Below, piece by piece: positions 50,509 through 59,696 of a stretch of 64,000 nucleotides of DNA. Below the pieces are notes generated by a model that was not told the DNA's origin, made no database searches, and saw only the letters and a program-made list of their open reading frames with translations. The position numbers and the translations under genes are program-made. The stretch is from assembly GCA_023246095.1 (NCBI GenBank), contig JAHFJA010000002.1:39489-103488 (forward strand), given 5' to 3'. This stretch comes from a bacterium. GTDB lineage: Bacteria; Patescibacteriota; Patescibacteriia; JACQRZ01. Every line of letters starts with the position of its first letter. The stretch's first letter is position 1.

Positions 50509-51132
50509 ATGCCAAAAGCAACGATGCCCCCTACCAAGAAAAAGAGTACGAAGAGCGCACCTGCCCGTGTTCGTAAGACAGCTCCAGAACAAGCGGAAGT
50601 TCCTGAGATCACTATTCCTCGCAGTAACCAGGAATATCTCCATTGGACAATTTTTGTCGTCGTGTCGGTGTTAGTAGCATTTACTGTTATCTATGCTGGT
50701 CGATCTGATTCTTCCAGTAATGCCGCAATGATTCCTTCACCAACTACTCAGAGTAAATCGACTACAAAAGAAGCTCCCCCTTATGTCCCTGAACCAACCA
50801 GCAAAACAGCTCAGAGCGAACAAGGAGTGATTGGTAAAGTTTTAAGCGTTACCGCTGACACACTGACATTAGAAAGCATCGCTCCTACCAAAGAAGGAGC
50901 AGCTATCGGCACGGTCTATACCACAAAAATCACGAGCGCAACAAAATTTGTCTACCACCCTGTCACCAGCAAAAAGGATAGCACAACAAAAACATTTGGT
51001 GCAGAAGCGGGTAATCTAGCGAATATCAAAAAAGGTATGTACGCATCAGCGACGACTCTTTCTGATGTAAACAAGCAGACAACGTTTGATGCGATCGAGG
51101 TGAACTATTCCGAAGCAAGTCCGTTGGAGTAG
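50509..51132 (+). CDS. Hypothetical membrane protein with basic N-terminus and one TM helix
   Basis: ORF track; hydrophobic WTIFVVVSVLVAFTVIYAG. Confidence 0.45.
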   Translation: MPKATMPPTKKKSTKSAPARVRKTAPEQAEVPEITIPRSNQEYLHWTIFVVVSVLVAFTVIYAGRSDSSSNAAMIPSPTTQSKSTTKEAPPYVPEPTSKTAQSEQGVIGKVLSVTADTLTLESIAPTKEGAAIGTVYTTKITSATKFVYHPVTSKKDSTTKTFGAEAGNLANIKKGMYASATTLSDVNKQTTFDAIEVNYSEASPLE

Positions 51133-51154
51133 AGATACTGCCCCGCCGACAACG

Positions 51155-51188
51155 CAAAAAATCCCGCAACTTGAGTGCGGGATTTTTG
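51155..51188. terminator. Bidirectional terminator aaaaaatcccgca-acttgag-tgcgggattttt
   Basis: Perfect 12-bp stem between convergent genes. Confidence 0.6.
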
Positions 51189-51207
51189 ACACACTTTTTG
51201 CAATACC

Positions 51208-51564
51208 TTACTCCTTTATTGGGCTAAGAAGTTTCTTCAATGTCGGTATATCCTCCTTCAATGTGTCCCACAGTATTGGTAACTCAATGTCGTCGTAGTG
51301 ATGAATCAATTTATCTCGCATTCCTGCCATTTCTCTCCAAGGAATATCCGGATATTGTTTTTTCATCGACAATGAAATACGTTTTGCCGCTTCACCGATT
51401 ATTTCAATACGCCGAATAATAGCATCTTGTGTTTTAGTATCACCAGCGAAAGAAGTTTTCTTTACACCCTTAATATAACTTTCTATCGCATAGATAGAAT
51501 CGGCAATATGCTTAACGTATAACTGATCCCTCTTAGAAGAGTCGTTTTTTTTCTTTGTTGACAT
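51208..51564 (-). CDS. hepT: HepT-family (DUF86) toxin RNase
   Basis: Rx4HxY motif RDKLIHHY; 118 aa; overlaps the upstream MntA-like gene. Confidence 0.75.
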   Translation of the reverse strand: MSTKKKNDSSKRDQLYVKHIADSIYAIESYIKGVKKTSFAGDTKTQDAIIRRIEIIGEAAKRISLSMKKQYPDIPWREMAGMRDKLIHHYDDIELPILWDTLKEDIPTLKKLLSPIKE

Positions 51565-51823
51565 TTGAGCGCATGTGTTTACAAAGACTCTCTTCGGTTA
51601 TGAGATCCACTCTCTTACCAATGAGGTCCTCTATTTGAAATTGCAAACCGAGAAGTCCTAAAAGGGTAACTTTCTTATTCTTTTTGAATGTGACAAGAAG
51701 ATCAAGATCACTCGTTTTTTTTGCATCTCCTCGCGCGTACGAGCCAAATATATGAGCGCGAGAAACTCCCGATTTCTTTAAAATCGGTATTGTATTTGAA
51801 AATTGTTGTATAGCTTGTTCCAT
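51533..51823 (-). CDS. mntA: MntA-family minimal nucleotidyltransferase antitoxin
   Basis: The GS-hG motif block FGSYARGDAKKTSDLDLLV with acidic residues; 96 aa; upstream of and overlapping hepT. Confidence 0.75.
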   Translation of the reverse strand: MEQAIQQFSNTIPILKKSGVSRAHIFGSYARGDAKKTSDLDLLVTFKKNKKVTLLGLLGLQFQIEDLIGKRVDLITEESLCKHMRSNVNKEKKRLF

Positions 51824-52307
51824 ATACCCATACTACCTAAAATTGGATAAAAATACAATCGCCCCCCCCTGTTTACGTCTCGACTGAGCTGTTTTCTTAT
51901 CCACAAGTACAGCATTATTGCCAAAAATTTCTTCATGATATAGTGGCAATATTAAATATAACGTCACACTTTTATGACGGTTTATAAATGCGATTTGTGC
52001 TTGCAAGAGATATCTCACGCAGAAGACAATATTTACATTGGCCGAAAAATCTTGCGATGGGTGACTTTATGCACTGAGTGCGGTAAGCCGGCATTGGATT
52101 TTTTGGAATCAGTAGAACTAAAACTTGAAAAGAAGTCTTCCTTGTAACAGATGCACGGGAGTCATAGACTCGTATCCTTGAGGCATCATAATCGTATCAA
52201 AATGATACGATTCTATGACCAGGAATGTGTTTAGGCTGACGTGATAATTCACCCAAGAAGTCAGATGGCCTCTTGGATTTTCCATAAAAAAATATAACCG
52301 ATATTTT

Positions 52308-52340
52308 GAAATCCCACAAACCATAGTGCGGGATTTTTAA
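52308..52340 (-). terminator. Terminator-like hairpin of the same AAATCCC(G/A)CA...TGCGGGATTT family
   Basis: aaatcccaca-aaccatag-tgcgggattttt. Confidence 0.4.
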
Positions 52341-52364
52341 ATATAGAAAGGGGCACATTCGTAA

Positions 52365-52730
52365 CTACACATCATTCTTTATATATTGTACTGCCTCGCT
52401 TTTGGTGATTATTTCTTTATTACGAAGAAGTGTTGCAGTGTTAATTTTTATCTCGTTCTTTGTGTCTTCAATCTTATCCATCAAACGGTGCTCCATCTTT
52501 CCCATGTCTGCTCTCAGCAAACCTAAATCCTCTTTTGTAGCAAAATGCTCAATATCTTTCTTTGTGGCAAAATCACGAAGATCATCTTTTGTAGCAAAGT
52601 TTTCAAGGTCTTTCTTTGTCGCCATATTAGCAAATCCCTTTCCCACCATCAGAGCAAAATCGTCAAAACGAGCTTCGAGGGTTGTATTAAGAATCTGTGT
52701 AAATTCTTCTTTTGAAAGTGGGGTGTCCAT
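52365..52730 (-). CDS. Hypothetical protein with four tandem 9-aa repeats (ATKKDLENF / ATKDDLRDF / ATKKDIEHF / ATKEDLGLL)
   Basis: 27-nt periodic DNA repeat visible at ~52530-52640; ORF track. Confidence 0.5.
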   Translation of the reverse strand: MDTPLSKEEFTQILNTTLEARFDDFALMVGKGFANMATKKDLENFATKDDLRDFATKKDIEHFATKEDLGLLRADMGKMEHRLMDKIEDTKNEIKINTATLLRNKEIITKSEAVQYIKNDV

Positions 52731-52925
52731 ATAATGTTATTAATGGCACTAAGATATAAGAAACTATATCAAACCTTCAAAAAAACAACAACCGTTATAT
52801 TCGACGTACATTGTGCTATAATACATACATCTGACCCTTAACAAATTATTCTTAATTCATGAATTTATAACTATTATGTCAAAGATGCCCTTTAGGGTGC
52901 CAGGACCTATGCAGATACCTACTTA

Positions 52926-52952
52926 AAAATCCCGCATTCATGTGGGATTTTT
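52926..52952 (-). terminator. Terminator-like hairpin aaaaatcccgca-ttca-tgtgggattttt (same family)
   Basis: Read from the sequence; downstream of the 52983 gene. Confidence 0.4.
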
Positions 52953-52982
52953 AATTTATAATGTTTTTTGAAAGGACTATAC

Positions 52983-53588
52983 TTATTTCTTAGTATAAGG
53001 ATTATTTTTTGAATATATGACTTGCTCAGGAGTTTGATTTAACAAAGTAGGATCTGTCGTATTGACTTGAATATAATCTCCTTTTTTGACATCCTCACGT
53101 TTTCCAATTGTCATAGTTATTTTTTTGTTTACATCAGAAACTGGTGTAACAAAGCTTGTTTGCTCATTTAAAGAAAAAGTATAAATTTTTCCACTAAGTG
53201 TCCCTGGGGTTGTTTGTATCTTCATATTGTTCTCGTACGCCCTCATTACCAAAGTTTTATCATTAACACTATCAACCTCTCCGACAACAGGCAATCCAGC
53301 AACGACAGATACTCTAGTTGCTGGTTGGGCTACTCTTGTTTTTTCCCCCAAGCCTAATAACTGTTTCATTGTAGTTGGGGTAGTGTTTTGTTCGTTCTTA
53401 GTTATCGGTTTACTAAGCTTTTCCAGATTGGAAATCTCTGCCATATTTGTCGGTTCGCTATCGATGCTCGTTTTATTGATTTGCAGTGTCAATCGAACTG
53501 TTAAAAACAATGATACCAGCGAAATGACACCGAATAAGCCAACGATTAGAAAAAATAAAGTCTGAGGTTTTTTTGAACTTATCATCAT
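52983..53588 (-). CDS. Hypothetical single-pass membrane protein (likely start MMISSKKPQ; ORF extends to 53639)
   Basis: ORF track; TM helix TLFFLIVGLFGVISLVSLFLTV. Confidence 0.45.
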   Translation of the reverse strand: MMISSKKPQTLFFLIVGLFGVISLVSLFLTVRLTLQINKTSIDSEPTNMAEISNLEKLSKPITKNEQNTTPTTMKQLLGLGEKTRVAQPATRVSVVAGLPVVGEVDSVNDKTLVMRAYENNMKIQTTPGTLSGKIYTFSLNEQTSFVTPVSDVNKKITMTIGKREDVKKGDYIQVNTTDPTLLNQTPEQVIYSKNNPYTKK

Positions 53589-53617
53589 ATATAATTTGTG
53601 GTAGTTATATATCTCAA

Positions 53618-56215
53618 TTAAAAATCTGAACCAATACAATCCTTGTCAAAATATATTCCACCAGGACTAAACAAATTACCATTTTCGTACCTAGCACTAC
53701 ACGTCATATATCGATACATCGATGGAAGACCCGAACCTACTGTTGCTGGGTGCATATCTATTTTTAATATACCGAGATCCATTTCAAGAGCTACTCCAAC
53801 AAATAAGTTTCGACCTACATATGTCTCATTAGCTGAAGACAAATCTCCACCAGAAACAATATCGCCATCAGCAACAATATTACGCCCAACAGTAAGATCT
53901 CGCCCCACATCGGTATCTCTACCTGAATGTAAGCGATCTCCACCTATTTCTCCTGTTACACCAATATTCCCTCCGTGAGTAAGGTCAGTTAAACTACCTA
54001 TTAAAGCTATATCTTTCCCGTTTGCTACATATCCAGCATCAAGAACTGCTTGAAGATCACCAGATCCCCCTGTCCCTGTACCCCCCGGCCAATCTGTTCT
54101 ACAAACACCACCGATACAGACATTTCCCTTGAAATTTGCAAGCCCCTCAAACGTGGCTTGCTCTCTAAACCAAGAAAAATCGTCAACTTGTAGTGCATTT
54201 TGATGCAGCCCTCCAATCATAGGTAGTGCCTCAATTTGTAATCCACCTTGAAGGTTAATTTTATTGTTCGTAACAGCCCCCAGGTCTGTAACTTGTTGCA
54301 ACGTGCCCACTGAACCGCTTCCTGACGGATATGTGATAACGTTTGTAATTGACGTACTATCATTGGTATCTCCAAGATTATCTTTGCCACACCCCCAACC
54401 AGTGCCATTATACTTGAGTACTTGCTGGCTGGAACAGGAAGGCAACTGCATAGGTGATGGCCAACCAATTCTGCAATCTGTTCCTATACAAACCGTTGGT
54501 GCCTTTAATTGCATATTTGACGTAATAGCACCCGTAGCCGTGATTATACCGCCTGATACAATCTGGCCAGTAGTAGTAACGGAACCGGCACTTAGTGTAC
54601 GGATCTGCATATCTTGAGTTGGTGCCTGATTGTTAATAGCAAGAACATCACCAAGACCTTGATTTCCTACCTTAAGAACAAGCCGGTCCGGTGACCAAGT
54701 ACTGATACATGTTGCTCCATTAAGACATATCGAGGGTGTAGTCACCGAGGTTGTTGCAGTAATCGCTCCTGCGGTTAACGCCCCACTACCCGCATTAATA
54801 CCAGCTCCGTTGGTGACAATACCCCCATTGGCCGACAAAAGTCCCGTAAACGTCCCCGTACCTCCGCTAATAGGACCAGTTCCAGCATTAATACCAGCTC
54901 CGTTGGTGACTACACCCCCATTAGCAGTTAAGAGTCCTGTGATAGTGGTGGCGCCTGTAACACCAAGTTTACCTTTTAGTGTCGTATCATTCGATACATC
55001 TAACGTTCCATTGATGGCGGTATTGCCCCCGATAGTCAAACGATTCCCTGCTACAGGCGGTGTTCCGATACCGACCAATCCATTTATTTGAAGATTCCCA
55101 TAACTACCGGAAGGACTCGTCCCGTTTACACTCAATAAATCCCCCGTTGATGCGCCCTCCAGAACACTCACTGCATTAACTCCCGTCCCCACTCCGATCT
55201 GGTACTTTCCTGTTTTGGAAGCAGTACCCGACTGTATCGTCCCATTCACATCAAGTGGTACTGCGGGGTTTGCTCTCCCAATACCCACAAGTCCGTTTAT
55301 CGCAACATTAGTATAAGCATTAGAACCCCCAATTGGCCCGTTGATGTTCAGTAAGCTTCCATCAGCCACGGAAGATTCTATTGCCGACTTACCTCCAATT
55401 TGAAATTTTCCTAGATTATTAGCCGTACTTGATTGCACTGTCCCGTTTACATCAAGCGCTGTCGCGGGACTAACATTCCCGATCCCCATCCTATTATTCA
55501 AAAGCGTAACAAACTTGTTTATAATCCCCCCATTTTTTATGTCCAAATTCCCTGCGGCTTCCATATTTCCGTCAGTGTCGACGCGAAACTTTTTAACAAA
55601 CCCTTTTTCAAACAACAGAAAATTCGGCGTAGTAAGCGGGTTACCTGTAGAGAACGTATTATTATGCACATTTCCAAACAAAAGATTTGTCCCTGCAGCC
55701 AAGATAGGACCCGGGCTAATAGGGCCCAGAGCAACATCAAACACGGTACCCAAAGTTGTCATACCCCCGATAGCGGTTGTCTCATCCCCATCTTGGTCCA
55801 GCACGACCCCGTGTGTCGTAAAGCGTCCCTTGTTCGTCACGTCTTGAAGTGAAGGACTGATGTTCAGCCAATCACTTCGACAATCAGGACTCGAGGCAGG
55901 TCCAAAACAAAGAGTGGAAACAACAAGCCTGCCCCCTGCACTACTTCCCAACACCATATCACCCAAAAATTTGGAAGCATCGGCGCTAATATCAAGAACA
56001 CTTTTTAACCCCCCAGGACCAGCACCCGTATCTGGTTGTCCGTAGGGAGGAAGCTGTACCGGCTCTTTAAACGCTGCCTGTGCAACCTGGTGACCCATGA
56101 ACACGAACAAGGCAACCGCGACCACCAAAAAAGGAAGCAGTACTTTTTTTGTAGTGGCTATCCCCTTCTTCGACTTTAGTTCTGATGATGTTGATATGTT
56201 CTTTATCTCTTTCAT
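53618..56215 (-). CDS. Giant (865 aa) secreted Gly/Thr/Asn-rich repeat protein, beta-helix / fibre-like
   Basis: N-terminal signal/TM LLPFLVVAVALFVFMGHQVAQA; repeated GIGxxxPxxxLDVNGT(V/I)QS units; two ~31-aa tandem repeats NGG(V/I)VTNGAGINAG(T/S)G. Confidence 0.6.
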   Translation of the reverse strand: MKEIKNISTSSELKSKKGIATTKKVLLPFLVVAVALFVFMGHQVAQAAFKEPVQLPPYGQPDTGAGPGGLKSVLDISADASKFLGDMVLGSSAGGRLVVSTLCFGPASSPDCRSDWLNISPSLQDVTNKGRFTTHGVVLDQDGDETTAIGGMTTLGTVFDVALGPISPGPILAAGTNLLFGNVHNNTFSTGNPLTTPNFLLFEKGFVKKFRVDTDGNMEAAGNLDIKNGGIINKFVTLLNNRMGIGNVSPATALDVNGTVQSSTANNLGKFQIGGKSAIESSVADGSLLNINGPIGGSNAYTNVAINGLVGIGRANPAVPLDVNGTIQSGTASKTGKYQIGVGTGVNAVSVLEGASTGDLLSVNGTSPSGSYGNLQINGLVGIGTPPVAGNRLTIGGNTAINGTLDVSNDTTLKGKLGVTGATTITGLLTANGGVVTNGAGINAGTGPISGGTGTFTGLLSANGGIVTNGAGINAGSGALTAGAITATTSVTTPSICLNGATCISTWSPDRLVLKVGNQGLGDVLAINNQAPTQDMQIRTLSAGSVTTTGQIVSGGIITATGAITSNMQLKAPTVCIGTDCRIGWPSPMQLPSCSSQQVLKYNGTGWGCGKDNLGDTNDSTSITNVITYPSGSGSVGTLQQVTDLGAVTNNKINLQGGLQIEALPMIGGLHQNALQVDDFSWFREQATFEGLANFKGNVCIGGVCRTDWPGGTGTGGSGDLQAVLDAGYVANGKDIALIGSLTDLTHGGNIGVTGEIGGDRLHSGRDTDVGRDLTVGRNIVADGDIVSGGDLSSANETYVGRNLFVGVALEMDLGILKIDMHPATVGSGLPSMYRYMTCSARYENGNLFSPGGIYFDKDCIGSDF

Positions 56216-56327
56216 ATTGCAGATCGTAGATGCCCTTGTGGATAGGGTCTCAGATTATTATAGAGAAAGTATACCATGAAATATATAAATGGATAATATT
56301 TTTCGACGAAGATACCAAAATCACTTC

Positions 56328-57038
56328 TCATCTCAAAACCGATTGATAGTTCTTAAGCAAAAATACTGTTTCGGTTTTGAGATGCGTCTTGACCCACGCT
56401 TTATTTTTTTCATTCAAAAGCTCACCTAATCCTTGCAATATCTGTGCATCTTTCACTTGTTCGACAAGAGAAATACAGTCATCGATGTACTCTTTCAGGC
56501 TTTTTGTCGTCCACTTCGCCAACACCTCTCTGTCAATATCCCAGTTATTTTTTGCAAAGTACCACACATCGTAGATATCACGCATTGCGGTTTCGCTTCG
56601 CAAGGTCAACGCAGCAAGCTTGCTTGCGAATAGATATGGCCTTTTGGCAACGAACATTGAAATCCCCAAATACTCTTTTAGTTCATATTCCTCCTTGAGG
56701 TCAGGCACCACCCTTCTTGTACTTATCTCAATTTTAATATTGTGGTCAGTATCCCCGTAAGAAAGAAGACAAAAGATAGTATTCATTTTTATGTAACTGT
56801 CTTTGATAATGCCATATCGCTCTAAAATCGTTTTAATCCTCTCGAAGATTAATGTATAAGTATCTTGATCGCCACCAATCACATCAAAATCCAAATCAAC
56901 TGAAAATCGTGGCAACTCGTAAAAAAAATATGCACACGTACCCCCTTTAAAACCCAAAAATGGCGCAATTGACACATCAGCATATATGTCTCGCAAAATC
57001 CGTCCCATTATGAGTTGGTGTTTTTCTCTATTCAGCAT
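56328..57038 (-). CDS. abiEii: AbiEii/AbiGii-family nucleotidyltransferase toxin (DUF1814)
   Basis: GFKGGTCAYFFY...RFSVDLDFD motif (GG...S.DLDF of the AbiEii NTase). Confidence 0.75.
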   Translation of the reverse strand: MLNREKHQLIMGRILRDIYADVSIAPFLGFKGGTCAYFFYELPRFSVDLDFDVIGGDQDTYTLIFERIKTILERYGIIKDSYIKMNTIFCLLSYGDTDHNIKIEISTRRVVPDLKEEYELKEYLGISMFVAKRPYLFASKLAALTLRSETAMRDIYDVWYFAKNNWDIDREVLAKWTTKSLKEYIDDCISLVEQVKDAQILQGLGELLNEKNKAWVKTHLKTETVFLLKNYQSVLR

Positions 57039-57642
57039 ATTTTTTTTGATATCTCCTCAATCGTCTGACGAGCTGTTCGTTCCCATATAGCGAGACCAAA
57101 TCAAAACACTTATCCCAATTAACAGGACGAAGATTATCAAAATGGTAGTCGGGAAAAAGATATATCATATCCAAAAATGCTCGCTCTGCCGAGGCAATAC
57201 CATACGTGCCTTTGTTCTCTATCCCCATTCCATTAAACAACACAGTGTCTTTTAATGTTCTAAATATGATAGTTGTCGAATCGATAACCATTGTTTTCGA
57301 CCAGGGGCCGGCAACAAAAATTGCGTCATAATACTGAAACACCATACCTTCTTCTCGAAGCACGGATTCAAAACTGATATATGAAGGAGTATAGATACTC
57401 GTCGCGAGTTCTTTTGAATTATAATTCTTATCTTTTGCAAACACACCACGAGTAAGGCGGATTAAGTCTCCTTGTTTAACATAATATGATATCTTTGATT
57501 TCAGGTTATTTCGATTCGTTTCTCCCCATAATAAAGCTAAATCCTTGCTCGTAAGGATTGTTTTGGGGGACTGGTACAATATAGCAATCAAGTTATCCAT
57601 GACGATATGTTTGATGGAAGTACTATACACTCTTACTTCCAT
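57028..57642 (-). CDS. abiEi: AbiEi-family antitoxin / transcriptional regulator (possible start at 57600)
   Basis: LIRLTRGVF (RG.F/Y) and PSYISFESVL motifs shared with the paralog at 60993; overlaps the toxin start by 11 nt. Confidence 0.65.
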   Translation of the reverse strand: MEVRVYSTSIKHIVMDNLIAILYQSPKTILTSKDLALLWGETNRNNLKSKISYYVKQGDLIRLTRGVFAKDKNYNSKELATSIYTPSYISFESVLREEGMVFQYYDAIFVAGPWSKTMVIDSTTIIFRTLKDTVLFNGMGIENKGTYGIASAERAFLDMIYLFPDYHFDNLRPVNWDKCFDLVSLYGNEQLVRRLRRYQKKYAE

Positions 57643-57811
57643 TATACATTATTAGTTGCTCCCTGTCAACTACACGGATCAAAATTATTTTTAAGTCTAT
57701 AACTTAGAGTAAGTCAGTGTGAATAAGGTTAGTTCACTAGACTAGTTATGTACTAATTAAGGTAGTTCTCCAAAAAAATATACCTGTACTACCGTTCAAT
57801 CCGTAACAAAA

Positions 57812-58294
57812 CTATACGTTAAAATGATCCAGATATCCTTTTATGTTTAGGGTCGTTTCGTCAAGTATTATGTTTTCAACAAGGACTTTGAAGACCCACT
57901 GAGTAATCCCCCACGCCGAGAGGATGACGGCCAAACCGAGAAGTGCGTATTTAAGGATGTGTTGTGCTTTTTCTACATTGTCTTTTTCTCCATGCGCGGT
58001 CATCCAAAGAAAGCCTGCATAGAGGATAAGGGAGACGGAGAGAATAGCAAGAAAACCAAGAATGTATTTAAGTACATTTGCTATCAGTGTAATTGGTTCA
58101 AGCTTATTCTGTGGTAAGGTGGTACCTTTAGTGCCCGTAGTATTCTTGAACTCACCTCCTGTGAGTATATCGGACAGAGACACCGCATACGAGGAAATAG
58201 GCATTACGGTCACGACCATACTACCCAAAGTAAAGGTCAGCATACCAATGGCAATAAACGTGCGTGCTTTTTGTATTGATGAAAATATATTCAT
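57812..58294 (-). CDS. TrbC/VirB2-like (T4SS-type) pilin paralog 1
   Basis: N-terminal signal/TM; C-terminal motif LYAGFLWMTAHGEKDNVEKAQHILKYALLGLAVILSAWGI. Confidence 0.7.
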   Translation of the reverse strand: MNIFSSIQKARTFIAIGMLTFTLGSMVVTVMPISSYAVSLSDILTGGEFKNTTGTKGTTLPQNKLEPITLIANVLKYILGFLAILSVSLILYAGFLWMTAHGEKDNVEKAQHILKYALLGLAVILSAWGITQWVFKVLVENIILDETTLNIKGYLDHFNV

Positions 58295-58296
58295 AT

Positions 58297-58779
58297 CTAG
58301 GTACCCGTAACGGCTTTAGCGATTGTTAAAAGAACCCAGTAGGTCAGTCCCTGTGCCGCAATGATAATTACTAAACCAACGACTGCCGTCTGGAGGAGAT
58401 CTTGTGCTTTTTTTACCTTCTCTTTTTCACCCTGTGCCGTCATCCAGAGATATCCTGCATAAAGAGTGAGAATGAGAAATATTATGCCAAGAAACCCAAG
58501 AAATATTTGAATAACACTCCCAATAATCATACCTATTGAGTTGGTAGGTGCACCCGACGTAGCTCCACAGGTCTTCCCCCATGCACCACCCGCCGTTTGG
58601 AGATAATCTAATATTCCTTTGTCAGCACAATCAGAGGTGGTAACAGCAAATCCATTAATACCCGCAAGAGCGAGGGTGAATACCATCGCACTCATGCCAA
58701 TATATCGAACCGCATGACTCATGCGCTCCGCGACGGACTTGGCTAAAATAGTATTTTCTTTTGTTACCTTCTTTTTCAT
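58297..58779 (-). CDS. TrbC/VirB2-like pilin paralog 2
   Basis: Motif LYAGYLWMTAQGEKEKVKKAQDLLQTAVVGLVIIIAAQGL. Confidence 0.7.
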   Translation of the reverse strand: MKKKVTKENTILAKSVAERMSHAVRYIGMSAMVFTLALAGINGFAVTTSDCADKGILDYLQTAGGAWGKTCGATSGAPTNSIGMIIGSVIQIFLGFLGIIFLILTLYAGYLWMTAQGEKEKVKKAQDLLQTAVVGLVIIIAAQGLTYWVLLTIAKAVTGT

Positions 58780-58812
58780 ATCGAAGATATCGCAGATGCC
58801 TTTCGGGTATTA

Positions 58813-59232
58813 TTACTTCACTCCCGTGATGGGTTTAAGGCTTTCCACCACGAAATAGGCAATGGCGTAGGAGGACAAAACGATGATAAGCCCAATCACT
58901 GCCGTCGTGATCATTCCGCGCGCTTTTTCTACCTTTGTCTTATCCCCTTCTGCGGTCATCCACTTGGTGCCGGCATAGAGTAAGATAATCAACAGCACGA
59001 TACCCATTATACCGAGAATCACTTTTATCACTGCGCCAATAATAAGCGGGACTGAGTCGGCGGTTGCCGTCACTTTTGCTGCTGTTTTAGCTTGGTCAAA
59101 TACAGAATTAATGTCATTCTTTGCTGCTATCTGAGTACGGGGAATATTGGTTGTCAGTGTTGTCGTCGCAAACGCACCACTTCCTGCCAACATACTTACC
59201 GAAACAATAATTGCAAAAAAAATCTTTTTCAT
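58813..59232 (-). CDS. TrbC/VirB2-like pilin paralog 3 (start at MKKIFFAII; ORF extends to 59388)
   Basis: Motif LYAGTKWMTAEGDKTKVEKARGMITTAVIGLIIVLSSYAI. Confidence 0.7.
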   Translation of the reverse strand: MKKIFFAIIVSVSMLAGSGAFATTTLTTNIPRTQIAAKNDINSVFDQAKTAAKVTATADSVPLIIGAVIKVILGIMGIVLLIILLYAGTKWMTAEGDKTKVEKARGMITTAVIGLIIVLSSYAIAYFVVESLKPITGVK

Positions 59233-59234
59233 AC

Positions 59235-59672
59235 CTAGTGAGCAGCGGTTATTGGCCCTACTAGTCGAGATAAGACGAAAGCAGTGATCGCGTAAGCAGA
59301 CAGCACAATGATAAGACCCAGTACCGCATGAAATATAAGACCGCGTGCTTTTCCTACCTTTGTCGTATCCCCTTCCGCCACCATCCATAGGATACCGCCA
59401 TACACGACAAGGATCAGAAATACCAAACCAAGAACAGATAAAATGATCTGGATGGAAACACCGATTATTGCGGGAAGTGTTTGTTCATCAAGATTATTAA
59501 AGCCAAAAAAACCTTTGAACCCTTCCGCGCTTTTATTCAAACTATCTAGCGGTGGGGTTGAAAGAGGAACAGCAAATACAGGGATTGGAATCCCTGGCGC
59601 AAAAACAAGAACGCCTGCTATCAGAGTTGATAGCAGGGCGCCGATGCCGACTTTGAAGAAAGTCTTGTTCAT
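59235..59672 (-). CDS. TrbC/VirB2-like pilin paralog 4
   Basis: Motif VYGGILWMVAEGDTTKVGKARGLIFHAVLGLIIVLSAYAI. Confidence 0.7.
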   Translation of the reverse strand: MNKTFFKVGIGALLSTLIAGVLVFAPGIPIPVFAVPLSTPPLDSLNKSAEGFKGFFGFNNLDEQTLPAIIGVSIQIILSVLGLVFLILVVYGGILWMVAEGDTTKVGKARGLIFHAVLGLIIVLSAYAITAFVLSRLVGPITAAH

Positions 59673-59696
59673 GGGAGTAAAATCTATGTGCGCAGC

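Noticed and set aside
54780-54960. Direct DNA repeats of about 45 nt considered as a possible CRISPR or minisatellite
   Set aside because: They are in-frame within the 865-aa ORF and encode the repeated NGGxVTNGAGINAG peptide. Only two or three copies with coding constraint, so not CRISPR.
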